The translations under genes and the position numbers were made by a program. Shown one piece after another: positions 39,375 through 49,822 of a stretch of DNA of 64,000 bases. Origin of the DNA: an uncultured virus (IMG/VR IMGVR_UViG_3300033562_001302) (lineage: Duplodnaviria; Heunggongvirae; Uroviricota; Caudoviricetes); the IMG/VR virus record IMGVR_UViG_3300033562_001302; one strand, 5' to 3'. Numbering within the stretch: position 1 is the stretch's first letter; the number at the start of each line of letters is the position of its first letter. Under the pieces are notes generated by a model that was not told the DNA's origin, did not search any database, and saw nothing but the letters and a program-made list of their open reading frames with translations.

Positions 39375-40298
39375 ATGGAACAATTAAATACTTTAAATAC
39401 TTTGGGTTTAGATCTAGGATATAATGGTGTTAAAATTAGCTGGAAAGGTCAATTTTATAAAATACAAAGCACTATTAATTATTATAATGATTCAGGTATT
39501 GCTTTTGGTAATGTCGATACATATGAATTTGAAGGTGAAGTATATACAGTTGGTGAAGCGACTGAAAATTCATTCACTACAACTGATTTTGCATTCTTAT
39601 ATAAATTTAGTCCAATTATTTTATATCACATTATTAAAAAATTGAATATAAAAGAAAGAATTCATATTAAAACCGGGTTAGCGTTAATTGATTGGGGTGA
39701 CCAAGCAAAAAGAGAATCTTTTGAAAAAAGATTAGCAACAATTGAATGTAATGGTGAAGTTATTGAAAATGATGTAACTTTAGTTGGTCCACAAGGTGAA
39801 GGAAGTTTTAGAAGTTATATTGTAAGTAATAATCTACAAAACAATATTCCTAATAAATTATCAATAATTGATATTGGTTATAAAACTATTAACTTTTTAC
39901 ATTATGAAAAAGGTAGACCAGTTCCACAAAAATCAAAAGGATTTCCAGATCATGGTGTTGTTACCATTATTAAACCTTTTACTGCTTATTTAGAACACAC
40001 TTTCAAAATTCCTTTTAGTGAACAAGAAGCTACACAAATCTTTCTAGAGAACTCATTTAGTTTTGGAGGACAACTTCAACCAGAAGTGCCGGAAAGAATT
40101 CTTAAAGCAAAAGAGCATTTTGTTCAAACTTTAATGAACAGTATTCTGGTTTCAGAAAAGAAAACACTACAGTTATCTGATAGTGTAGTTATATCTGGTG
40201 GTGGTGCTTATTTATTAAAAAATATTGTATTACCAATTAATACTGTAATAGGTGAAGACTATTTAGAATTTGATAATGTTAAAGGATATACACTATGA
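39375..40298 (+). CDS. ParM/StbA-family actin-like ATPase
   Basis: GLDLGYNGVK, PQGEG, IIDIGYKT, SGGGAY. Confidence 0.85.
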   Translation: MEQLNTLNTLGLDLGYNGVKISWKGQFYKIQSTINYYNDSGIAFGNVDTYEFEGEVYTVGEATENSFTTTDFAFLYKFSPIILYHIIKKLNIKERIHIKTGLALIDWGDQAKRESFEKRLATIECNGEVIENDVTLVGPQGEGSFRSYIVSNNLQNNIPNKLSIIDIGYKTINFLHYEKGRPVPQKSKGFPDHGVVTIIKPFTAYLEHTFKIPFSEQEATQIFLENSFSFGGQLQPEVPERILKAKEHFVQTLMNSILVSEKKTLQLSDSVVISGGGAYLLKNIVLPINTVIGEDYLEFDNVKGYTL

Positions 40299-40852
40299 TG
40301 CCAACTCCTCCTTATGAACCATTGGCCGCTGTTGGAACTACAAGCGGTGGTAATCGTGGTAATGTTATTGGTAGTAGTTATATACAACCACACCCAGTAC
40401 ATCATGTACAGTCAGCACAACCAGCACAGCAACCACAGTTAAGTACTAATTATGAAGCACCAGCAGATCAAGCACATTTGCATAATTTTCAAAATCAATT
40501 TGATAATTTTGGAACTACTGAAATCTATTCTGGAACTCTTGCTGATTCATCAGAGGATGAACACCTTGTGACACCTATTACAGCTAGAATTGATAATGAG
40601 AGTTTAACAATATTATTGAGTGCTAGTGAATTGTTTCGTGAAACAATCGTGAATATGGGTATTAAGTTAGTATCAGAAACTGATGTTTATAAAACATATT
40701 TTATGACTAAAAATAAAATTGATGTTATGGAAAGAATAACTGATTCATATCCAACAGCTGCTCCGGCTCCAACCCCCACAGCTACACAAACAGTAACCGC
40801 AACAGCTACCCCAACAGTAGGAACATCTAAAGTAGGTTTCACTAGTTGGTAA
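40295..40852 (+). CDS. hypothetical protein, possible ParR-like adaptor
   Basis: Coupled to ParM-like gene; low-complexity ends, compact central strand-helix-helix. Confidence 0.5.
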   Translation: MMPTPPYEPLAAVGTTSGGNRGNVIGSSYIQPHPVHHVQSAQPAQQPQLSTNYEAPADQAHLHNFQNQFDNFGTTEIYSGTLADSSEDEHLVTPITARIDNESLTILLSASELFRETIVNMGIKLVSETDVYKTYFMTKNKIDVMERITDSYPTAAPAPTPTATQTVTATATPTVGTSKVGFTSW

Positions 40853-40878
40853 TTATCTCAATAATATAGGATTATCAA

Positions 40879-42309
40879 ATGGCAATTATTTTATCAAATG
40901 ACTTGAAGTCAACTATCAAAAAATTTTTTGGAACAGCTCTTATTTATGCAACTGTTATAAATCTATTATTATTGTATAATTATTATGTTATGGTTGATAA
41001 TAGATCTAATAATTTAAAATCAACTATAACCAACACCATAATAGAATTTAATGATATTGATCCAGAACATTTATGTAATGTTACAAATTGTGATAATATT
41101 TCTATATATACTTATAATCAAAATATGTATAAAAATTTCTCAAAATCAAATGGACGATTTTCATTTGATAACTATACTAAAAATAGAACTGAATCGTATA
41201 CGACTTATGCTACTATAGGAGATGTTAGTTTAACTAAAGATTTAAAATTTTTATACTCTATAAAAGATTATGGTATATTTATTATACCGGAACAATCTTT
41301 AGCTATGCAAGCGATAATAAGTTCTTGGTTAGTTATGAATACATCTTTCTTTTTATTCTTCTTAATATTTTTTATTCATCAAGAACTTCAAATAAAGAAA
41401 AGAAATTTTCAACAAGTTATGGGTGTTACATCTATACTTAGAGAAAAGAATCTACAATTGTTAACAGAAAATGTTCATCACGAATTAAATACACCTATCG
41501 CCATAATAAATGGACTTATAAGAAATTTAGAAATTCATTTAAATAGTGTTGGTATGAGTTATACATTTGATCAAATATATGCAGCTATTGACCAAATTAA
41601 AACTGTATTAGATAAAATGAGCAACATGAAACAAATTAAATATAGTAATGGAAACAAAACTGTATATGATATTGTTTCATATGGTGCTAATGCTATGACT
41701 AATTATAAAAAGACAAATTATGTTATAAATGTACCAACTGATTTAAAAAAATATGGTGTTGATAATAAAAAATTAAACAATGCTGATGTTTTAAATGTTG
41801 TTACAAATCATTTTAAAAATTCGCTTGATGCTATGGCTGATAGAATTGAAGTAAGTGCTAAATATAGAGCAGAAACTAAAATGTTATACTTATATATTAT
41901 TGATAAAGGTACAGGTGTTAGAGGTTTTGATGGTTTAATATTACCAAAGGAAAAATATGAGAATATTTTTGATCCTTACTGGAGTACTAAAAATGAGAAA
42001 GGTGAGTTCATATATGGAAAAATTAATGATAGTAAAAACATATTCATGAAAATGTATATTAAGTTTTTAACGGATTTAAAAATATGGCTTACACCTGAAT
42101 ATTTTAGAAAAGGTAGAGGAATTGGTTTATATTTAAATAGACAATTTTTAACAGATGTTGGTGGAAATATAAAATTAATTGAAACATCTTTAAAAGGTTC
42201 TGTATTTTTAATAATGATACCTGCTTATTTAAAAGATTTAACACCTGATGATAACCAAGACAATATACTAGAAGTTGAAACAAACACAACACAGAAAGGA
42301 ACTGTATGA
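40879..42309 (+). CDS. membrane sensor histidine kinase
   Basis: Two TMs; H-box HHELNTP, N-box KNSLDA, DKGTG, IFDPYWSTK, GRGIGL. Confidence 0.9.
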   Translation: MAIILSNDLKSTIKKFFGTALIYATVINLLLLYNYYVMVDNRSNNLKSTITNTIIEFNDIDPEHLCNVTNCDNISIYTYNQNMYKNFSKSNGRFSFDNYTKNRTESYTTYATIGDVSLTKDLKFLYSIKDYGIFIIPEQSLAMQAIISSWLVMNTSFFLFFLIFFIHQELQIKKRNFQQVMGVTSILREKNLQLLTENVHHELNTPIAIINGLIRNLEIHLNSVGMSYTFDQIYAAIDQIKTVLDKMSNMKQIKYSNGNKTVYDIVSYGANAMTNYKKTNYVINVPTDLKKYGVDNKKLNNADVLNVVTNHFKNSLDAMADRIEVSAKYRAETKMLYLYIIDKGTGVRGFDGLILPKEKYENIFDPYWSTKNEKGEFIYGKINDSKNIFMKMYIKFLTDLKIWLTPEYFRKGRGIGLYLNRQFLTDVGGNIKLIETSLKGSVFLIMIPAYLKDLTPDDNQDNILEVETNTTQKGTV

Positions 42310-42623
42310 TACAATTGAAAAGATTGCGAAACATAAGTATTTTATTTATATTTTTAACATCAAATATAGATGCTGATATTATGAATGATATAGTTTATCC
42401 TAAGTATATATGTCATGAAATGTTTAGAGAATTTTCTATTTCTCCCGAAATAAAAAGTTCTAAAGGTTGGATGAGGGTAAAATATAAGAATACTTTACAT
42501 AATTATATTTTACCAGAATGTAGAGATAAATTAACAGAAACTAAAAAGAATATATTAATGAGTTGTTTGATAACATCTAGCGACAACTTTAAGAATCTTG
42601 AACATAATATAGGAGATAGATAA
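42306..42623 (+). CDS. small exported protein
   Basis: Signal-like N-terminus, three Cys. Confidence 0.6.
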   Translation: MIQLKRLRNISILFIFLTSNIDADIMNDIVYPKYICHEMFREFSISPEIKSSKGWMRVKYKNTLHNYILPECRDKLTETKKNILMSCLITSSDNFKNLEHNIGDR

Positions 42624-43795
42624 TGAAAAATTATAAAAATTACAAAACATCATTTGTCTCTATTGTATTCTTTATTACAATAAGTTTTACAAATTCTTTT
42701 GCATTAGATAGAAATCATATAAATGAATTAACTGTAAAATATAGTTCGCTTGATAGTAATAAAGAGGGTGAACAAAATACAGTCTCTCTAGAATTTGAAA
42801 CATATCATAGATATAATGTAAATGATTATTTAAATTTAACAGGTGAATTAGGATTTTATAAATATCCAGCATTGTATGAACCTTTAACTGATAAACATTC
42901 TGAGTCACAAAATATTATTTCGTTAAATGAATTATTAATGAATGTTAATATTAATAACAGTTTAACATTAAGTGTTGGGCAAATGCCAGCCCATGATGGA
43001 GCATTTTCCTCTATAAAAACAAACAACTTTGAAAAATCGGATTTATTATTTACAGTTGTTGATAATGCTGGACAAGGTGTATTTTTAACATATAATAAAG
43101 ATATAGAAAATTCTATCTTAGAAAAAGTTAGAATAAGATATGGACAAGCTGAGGCAAAATATTATCCATTAGATAATGATGAAAAATTTAGTATCAGATT
43201 AAAAGGTACATCTGGAAGATATGTTGATGCTTATTTAAAATTTGATAAAATTGAATTCTTATATAATTATATGAATTTGGATATCAAAGCAGATGACAAC
43301 TACTATTTATCAAGTGAGGTAAATTCGTACGGGATTAAATATGATGATATATCTGAATCAGGTTTATTATTGTATGGTATTTATAGTGAATCAAAAACAA
43401 ATGGTATAGATAGTACTTCGATTATACATCCGGTTTATAAAATTTTAGTAACTGTCCCTGTTGATCTAGATGGAAAAGGTTCTCATAATTTATTAGGAGT
43501 TAATTATCATTTTGATATAGCAAATTATGATAGTTTTGTTGGATTTGAAAAATATTGTTCTACTCGTAAGAATATGGTGTTTAATAATGGTAATCCTAAT
43601 TCAGAATACGGTTTAGGTTTATTAGGAAATTCTAAAACAACTTATATTGGTACAAATTTAAATACTAGACTAAATTTATCAATTGAATATAAACATACAA
43701 CTTATGATTATGCAAGAAGTATGATAGGTACTACACCATATATTGAACCAAGAGTTGATGTTGACTTAATGTTTATTATGAAATATCTTTTCTAG
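42623..43795 (+). CDS. outer-membrane beta-barrel/porin-like protein
   Basis: Signal peptide (SFA|L), alternating beta strands, LSVGQMP, C-terminal KYLF. Confidence 0.7.
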   Translation: MKNYKNYKTSFVSIVFFITISFTNSFALDRNHINELTVKYSSLDSNKEGEQNTVSLEFETYHRYNVNDYLNLTGELGFYKYPALYEPLTDKHSESQNIISLNELLMNVNINNSLTLSVGQMPAHDGAFSSIKTNNFEKSDLLFTVVDNAGQGVFLTYNKDIENSILEKVRIRYGQAEAKYYPLDNDEKFSIRLKGTSGRYVDAYLKFDKIEFLYNYMNLDIKADDNYYLSSEVNSYGIKYDDISESGLLLYGIYSESKTNGIDSTSIIHPVYKILVTVPVDLDGKGSHNLLGVNYHFDIANYDSFVGFEKYCSTRKNMVFNNGNPNSEYGLGLLGNSKTTYIGTNLNTRLNLSIEYKHTTYDYARSMIGTTPYIEPRVDVDLMFIMKYLF

Positions 43796-43829
43796 TATTT
43801 TCTAGTATTTTAAGATTTAAAGGAAAAAA

Positions 43830-44075
43830 ATGAAGAACGATATTGTAAAAAATTGCGAATATTATTATGATATTAAAGAAGCATCTATTTTAAATACTAT
43901 GTATTATGAAGATGCTTTAAATTATAAAATAGATCAAGCCAATTTATTATTAGATAAATTATTAGCTAATGGTTATATGCAAGCTGATACCGAAAGGGTA
44001 AAAGATGTATATAACGCAATAGCCTTTAATAAAAAATTAATAGGTGAATTATATATGAGATCATCACATATATAA
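43830..44075 (+). CDS. hypothetical protein
   Basis: 81-aa ORF with SD. Confidence 0.6.
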   Translation: MKNDIVKNCEYYYDIKEASILNTMYYEDALNYKIDQANLLLDKLLANGYMQADTERVKDVYNAIAFNKKLIGELYMRSSHI

Positions 44076-44092
44076 TCATACTTAAACACACA

Positions 44093-44155
44093 AAACAAAC
44101 TTTTAAAAGTTTGTTTAAATTATTAAAAATCGTCAATAATTTAAACAAACTTTTA
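44093..44155. terminator. overlapping alternative hairpins
   Basis: 24-bp palindrome 44093-44116 overlapping 21-bp stem 44104-44155. Confidence 0.55.
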
Positions 44156-44209
44156 TATGTGATCCAAACAAATACATACATATAAATAAAGAAATTAAAA
44201 GGAACAATA

Positions 44210-45832
44210 ATGCAATATTCATCAGTCTTATATACTTCACATACACCTATATCAGATGTGCATTTCTTTGATCCTACGACAAAATTAGGAGATAATGTTT
44301 TCTTTATAAATGAAACACTTAATGATATTTTTTTATTCTTAAAAAATCAGAATAAGAGTTTATTCCATACTATAACAGTTCCTGGGATTATTCCAAATTT
44401 TCTTGGAAAAAAATTATCTTCACAAAAACATTTTGCTGAAATTAAAAAACAATATCCAGCATTCAAATATAATAGAATACCTGATTCGAAAACACTAGAG
44501 GTTAAAGCATCATTATTTGATATGTCAGCTATAACACCAGATATTATAAGTTTATCAAAATCAAGAAGTAAAAAAATAGTGATTGAAACTTTATTTACAT
44601 TGTTAGATTCAATTATAAAAGATTATCCAAAAGAAACTAAAAAATGTTTACTTATATATGGTGATAATATATCTACAACTGTATCTGAAACCAATACTGA
44701 TTTTATACAACTTCTTGAATATTATTTCAAGTTACAAGGCAATAGATTACATCTTGAATTTGAAAGTATTGTATATTTTATGAATAATAAATATTATCCA
44801 TTAACTACAAAAGAATTAGATAAAGAGAATAGAACTGTTTTGAAATTTAATAATGCTATGTATCGTTTGATAATGACGAATAAAACAAAAAATATAACAA
44901 AAGGCACTGAATTAACTATAGAAGATATTCATGCTCAAGCTGGTAATAATATAACACGATTAGAAGCTCTTAGAACTGAAATCAAAAAATTATCATCTAT
45001 ATTGGATGATGCAGAAGATGATGTAAAAAAAGATACTATTGGCAAAATAAAATCACTTATAGATAAAGAACCAGAATTAGTTGGAAGTTTTGAAGATAAA
45101 TTAAAAATGTTATTCAATGACAAATCCTTAGATCATGAGAAACATATATCGAATGTGTTAGAACTACATGACGATGTTAATAATAAATATAACGGACTTA
45201 TTGATATAACTATTCCACATCTTGGTGTATTTGATACTCAAGAGATAGTTGGATTAAAAACATTAAGTTCTTACAATAAACAATATAAAGAATTGATGGA
45301 AAATATTGATGAAGATATTGAAGCTTTAATTGAATCAACTTTAAAATCAGAACCTGATGTAGATATTACTATTCATAGTATAACTCAAAAAATAGTCGAT
45401 GATAATAAAAATAGATATAAAGAGTTCACTGTTAAAATATCGCATAAAGATTACGGTAATACTACAGATAAACCATATCCATTAAAATTTAGAACACCTG
45501 TCGTTGTAAATGATAAGTATGTAAAACTTGGTGGTAACAATTATATTATGATTTCTCAAATGTTTCCGCAACCAATTGTAAAAGTTCAACCAAATCTTAT
45601 AAGATTATTTACAAATTTCAGCATAAGTCATGTTGAGTTAAAAAATACAAAACTTAATGCTAAAATGAATTTTAAAGATGTTGAACAAACTCTTGTTAAT
45701 AATTTAAAAGCCTTAGGTAAAGTTAAGAAAGATGAATCATTCTCTAATGCATCTAAAAACGATATAGGTAACAAATATGGAATACCTGATTTAGAATCAT
45801 TTGGATACAAAAAATTAGAAATTACTATATAA
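44210..45832 (+). CDS. RNA polymerase beta N-terminal part with large N-terminal extension
   Basis: FRTPVVVNDKYVKLGGNNYIMISQM ~ [23 protein letters not shown]. Confidence 0.7.
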   Translation: MQYSSVLYTSHTPISDVHFFDPTTKLGDNVFFINETLNDIFLFLKNQNKSLFHTITVPGIIPNFLGKKLSSQKHFAEIKKQYPAFKYNRIPDSKTLEVKASLFDMSAITPDIISLSKSRSKKIVIETLFTLLDSIIKDYPKETKKCLLIYGDNISTTVSETNTDFIQLLEYYFKLQGNRLHLEFESIVYFMNNKYYPLTTKELDKENRTVLKFNNAMYRLIMTNKTKNITKGTELTIEDIHAQAGNNITRLEALRTEIKKLSSILDDAEDDVKKDTIGKIKSLIDKEPELVGSFEDKLKMLFNDKSLDHEKHISNVLELHDDVNNKYNGLIDITIPHLGVFDTQEIVGLKTLSSYNKQYKELMENIDEDIEALIESTLKSEPDVDITIHSITQKIVDDNKNRYKEFTVKISHKDYGNTTDKPYPLKFRTPVVVNDKYVKLGGNNYIMISQMFPQPIVKVQPNLIRLFTNFSISHVELKNTKLNAKMNFKDVEQTLVNNLKALGKVKKDESFSNASKNDIGNKYGIPDLESFGYKKLEITI

Positions 45833-45843
45833 AGGGAATAATT

Positions 45844-48800
45844 ATGTCTAAATCCATAAAAATAGATTTTACAAACGAAATAAAGCTTAATGAAAAAGAA
45901 TCAGCTTTACGATTTTATACTGTATCAAAAACAGATTTACCAAACTCTTTACCAAGAGTTGTTGAGTACGCACAAATTGTTGAAAATTCTGGGTTTATTA
46001 CATATAAAAGAGAGTCTGGTGATATTGATTATAGACCTATATCTGAATTAAATTCATTCATATTTAATATATATAATAATATATCAAATGAGTTATTATC
46101 AAATAGTGTTTTAAATAAGAATTCTACCTCTAAACCATATTATGAGATAAAAATTATAGGAAAAAAAATACCACTAAGTATATTTTTATTAATTAGTCCA
46201 GATACAACTGATGAAGCTTTTCAAATAATGGATTTACCTTTTCAAATATTAGAAAAGAAAGACAATGAAGCTAAAACAGTTATACAATTTAAAACAGAAG
46301 ATAAGAAAACCTATTACTTATGTTTATACCCAAAAACACAAACTCAAGAATATTATGCTAATGGTTTATCTAGATATAAAATAAAAGATTTCGCTGTAAA
46401 AGATAATACAATAAATAGTATTAAAGAAGCATATACTCAAGCACTTGTTGATAAATTAGGTGTTGGTGAAACTGCTAAATTATTAGATATGTATTATAAA
46501 TTTATAGACGGAAGTACTAAAAAGATTTTAAAAGATAGAGGGAATCAAACAACTCTTGGAAAAATTTATGCTCTTGATATGGTTCCATTAATAAACGCTA
46601 GAGTAAATTCAAGTGCAAGAGATATTAATGATTTATCAAATTCTCGTATAAGAATGGGTGAAATCATTGTTGGTACTGTTTACAAACAGTTTCAACAAGC
46701 TATATCAAAATTTAAAAAAGAAAAATCTTTATCAAAAGCTAAAATAGTTATGCCTGAAGATTATATTATAAATGAATTAATTGGTGCGGGTGTTTTACAA
46801 TATAGTAAAACATTGAATCCATTAGAAGAAATTATGTTGAGTATGCGAGTTACTAAAGCAGGTCTTGGTAATGAAAAGAAAAGTATGATGAGTATTCATA
46901 AAAGAGATTTAAATAAATCTTATTTTGGTACAATTGGACCAACAGCTACAAATGAATATGGTGGTATAGGTGTTTCACAGACAATGACTAATGCTGCTAA
47001 ATTTAAAGATAAGTATGGAAGTATTATTCAAAAAGAATTTAACAATGATAGTAATCCTTTTGAAAATTTATCACCAGTTGAAAGCTTATCAGCATTTTTT
47101 GAGTACGATGATACAACAAGACGTATTATGGGTAATCAACAAACAGCTCAATATACTCAAATTAATAATCCGGATGTGCCTTTAGTTCAAACAGCATTTG
47201 AAAGTTATATACCATATTTAGCATCTGAACGTTTTTCTAAAAAAGCTAAACAAGATGGTAAAATATTAAATATTGAAAATAATATTATAACAATAGAGTA
47301 TGCTGATAAAACTGTAGATACGGTTGATTATTCTATGGTTAAGTCTAGAACAAAAAGGGGTATATATTTACCAAACGAATATAACCTATTAGTTAATAAG
47401 TTCCAAAAAGTTAAAAAAGGTCAATTATTAGCCGTATCAAATTCTATGAAGCATCAAAAATTAGCAATCGGTAAAAATTTAGTCGTTGCTGAAATGGGTT
47501 ATCTTGGATTAAATTACGAAGATGGTTGGGTTGTTGCTGAATCTTTAGATAAAAAATATGAGAATAATATTCTTCAAAAGATTACTATAAAGGTTCCAAG
47601 TAATTCAAAATTATTAAAATTTAATATTATCCATGGAGTTGATACGAAACCCGGTGAAATATTATGTGAATACACTTCTGATACAGATTTATTAAATCAT
47701 GATGATTTAAATGATGATGATATATCAACAGATGATCAATTTATAGGTCTTGAACAAAAAGGTAAATCTTATATATATAAGAGTCCTGGTGGAAAAATTA
47801 GAGACATTGTTGTAAAACTTAATAATAAGAATGCCCAAAAACAAATTACAGCTCTTCATTCAAAATTAATACAACCATTACAAGATAAAATAAATAGTTG
47901 TAAATTATCTACTAAAGATAATCCAAATAAATATTCAGAATGTATAGATCATTTAGAAAATAGTGAATCTTTAACTATTGGTGGTCATAAAGTAAATGGT
48001 GAATTAATTGATGGATCTATTATCGAAATATATATTGAGCAAGCAAATCCTGTAAGAAATGGTTCTAAATTTACATTAACTAGTTCTGGTGGAAAAGGTA
48101 CTGTACAATATATAATACCTGTTGGTAAAGAACCAATAGCAGCTGAAACAGGTTTAAAAATTGAATTCATAGGTACATCTTTATCTATTATTTCAAGAAA
48201 GAATCCAAGTATATTATTATCAATGTATTTAGGTAAAGTTATATATTTTTTAAATGTTGCTTGTAAAGAATTAGCGAAACAGAATAAGATAGCGCAAATA
48301 AAAAGATTAGTATTATCTGTATTTGAACATTTAGATGAAACAAGAGATAAGATGTTTATACATCAATTAAATGCGTTCTTTGATAACTCTCCAGGATATA
48401 TTTTAGCAGTTATAAATGGTTCTGATGCATTAAACAATCCAGCTTTCCCAGCCTTAATGCCACCATTTAAAAACAAAATAACAATGGCTCATATAAAAGA
48501 AGCAGCTAAGGTTTTAGATGTTCCTTTAAATGAGAAAGTTATTATTACAGAAAATAATGGTATCAAAACATATAAATCAGTTCCTGTTGGTATTTTACCA
48601 GTTCATCTATTAGAACATTTCCCTAAAGCTATGAGTTCAACTCGTGGTTCTATTAATGGTAAATCTAATTATATAACTGGTCAAGGTAAAACTGGTACAA
48701 AAGAGGGAGCTGGAGCGATATCTATAGGATTGTATGATGCAAATAGTTTATTATCAGTTCAAGGTTATAATATAATGAAAGAGCTACATTCATATAAATC

Positions 48801-48954
48801 AGATGCTCGAAAAGCAAAACAAAATATGATCCAATCAATTATTAAAAATCACAAAATTCCAACAATGGAAGAAAATCCAATAGATATTAAAGATCTCGCT
48901 TCTTTAAATTTAGTAGAAGTTTATTTTAGAGGAGCAGGTCTTGAAGCAGAATAA
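45844..48954 (+). CDS. RNA polymerase beta main part
   Basis: NPLEE, RDLNKSYFGTI, RRIMGNQQ..Q, GKNLVVA, NYEDG, GSKF..GGKG, SRKN. Confidence 0.95.
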   Translation: MSKSIKIDFTNEIKLNEKESALRFYTVSKTDLPNSLPRVVEYAQIVENSGFITYKRESGDIDYRPISELNSFIFNIYNNISNELLSNSVLNKNSTSKPYYEIKIIGKKIPLSIFLLISPDTTDEAFQIMDLPFQILEKKDNEAKTVIQFKTEDKKTYYLCLYPKTQTQEYYANGLSRYKIKDFAVKDNTINSIKEAYTQALVDKLGVGETAKLLDMYYKFIDGSTKKILKDRGNQTTLGKIYALDMVPLINARVNSSARDINDLSNSRIRMGEIIVGTVYKQFQQAISKFKKEKSLSKAKIVMPEDYIINELIGAGVLQYSKTLNPLEEIMLSMRVTKAGLGNEKKSMMSIHKRDLNKSYFGTIGPTATNEYGGIGVSQTMTNAAKFKDKYGSIIQKEFNNDSNPFENLSPVESLSAFFEYDDTTRRIMGNQQTAQYTQINNPDVPLVQTAFESYIPYLASERFSKKAKQDGKILNIENNIITIEYADKTVDTVDYSMVKSRTKRGIYLPNEYNLLVNKFQKVKKGQLLAVSNSMKHQKLAIGKNLVVAEMGYLGLNYEDGWVVAESLDKKYENNILQKITIKVPSNSKLLKFNIIHGVDTKPGEILCEYTSDTDLLNHDDLNDDDISTDDQFIGLEQKGKSYIYKSPGGKIRDIVVKLNNKNAQKQITALHSKLIQPLQDKINSCKLSTKDNPNKYSECIDHLENSESLTIGGHKVNGELIDGSIIEIYIEQANPVRNGSKFTLTSSGGKGTVQYIIPVGKEPIAAETGLKIEFIGTSLSIISRKNPSILLSMYLGKVIYFLNVACKELAKQNKIAQIKRLVLSVFEHLDETRDKMFIHQLNAFFDNSPGYILAVINGSDALNNPAFPALMPPFKNKITMAHIKEAAKVLDVPLNEKVIITENNGIKTYKSVPVGILPVHLLEHFPKAMSSTRGSINGKSNYITGQGKTGTKEGAGAISIGLYDANSLLSVQGYNIMKELHSYKSDARKAKQNMIQSIIKNHKIPTMEENPIDIKDLASLNLVEVYFRGAGLEAE

Positions 48955-49420
48955 TACAATAGCGACACAAATTATTAAAAAAATACCACTTATGATTGGT
49001 AAAGAGCCTTATTTTTATTTAAAGTTGAGTAAAGACAGTAATCTTTATAGATTATCTTTAAACTATGAATACATTAATAAAGTATTTAATATTAAATTAA
49101 AGTTCATTAGAAACTTGAATAAAGTGTTATTAAAGAAGAATAATATCTTTACAATTGATAAATCAAAAATATATGATTTTAAAAACACAGTGTCAAGCAT
49201 CTATAATATTATTATAGATGAATATGATATTTGTGTTTTTTCTCAACCAAATAATAAATGTTATGTATCAAAATATACATTTATTAATAAATTAGATGAC
49301 TCAGATGTCACAACTATTTTTATTGTTAATCGTTCTTATAATTATGAAGAAAATTATAGCATATTATTTAGTAGTAATATGTACTATGATATCGATACTT
49401 TTTTAGAAACGGTTCGATAA
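48941..49420 (+). CDS. hypothetical protein
   Basis: 159-aa ORF. Confidence 0.55.
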   Translation: MKQNNTIATQIIKKIPLMIGKEPYFYLKLSKDSNLYRLSLNYEYINKVFNIKLKFIRNLNKVLLKKNNIFTIDKSKIYDFKNTVSSIYNIIIDEYDICVFSQPNNKCYVSKYTFINKLDDSDVTTIFIVNRSYNYEENYSILFSSNMYYDIDTFLETVR

Positions 49421-49441
49421 ATTTAATTTAAAGGAATACTT

Positions 49442-49822
49442 ATGGTAAAGATAATAGAAGTTAAAAAAAGAGAATGTGATTGTTGTGGATCAACAATAGT
49501 TGAAAGAAAAGATGTATCATTTTTTATAAATGTTGATAAAGAACCAGCTACGTTTTTACAAAAAGGTGATTATGATATATGTACATCTTGTTGTATAGAT
49601 ATCTTGCAAGCAAAATTTGCAGATGATACAATAGATATAAATACATATATAGATGATAAAATTTGGGCATTAAAGAAAAAGAATGAAAACACTTTTACAG
49701 CTGATTTTGTTAGTTTTGTAAATTATGATAATCATACATTAGCAGTTCTCAAAGATTATACAAATCCCAAAGATTATACAAATCTTGGTCTAGGCAAATA
49801 TTCAGGAGTATCTGATGCATAA
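49442..49822 (+). CDS. Zn-finger hypothetical protein
   Basis: CDCC...CTSC. Confidence 0.6.
   Translation: MVKIIEVKKRECDCCGSTIVERKDVSFFINVDKEPATFLQKGDYDICTSCCIDILQAKFADDTIDINTYIDDKIWALKKKNENTFTADFVSFVNYDNHTLAVLKDYTNPKDYTNLGLGKYSGVSDA

Noticed and set aside
49751..49784. Short tandem duplications (KDYTN x2; also 43790-43811, 14840-14865, 54880-54950)
   Set aside because: Ordinary slippage duplications without evident function.
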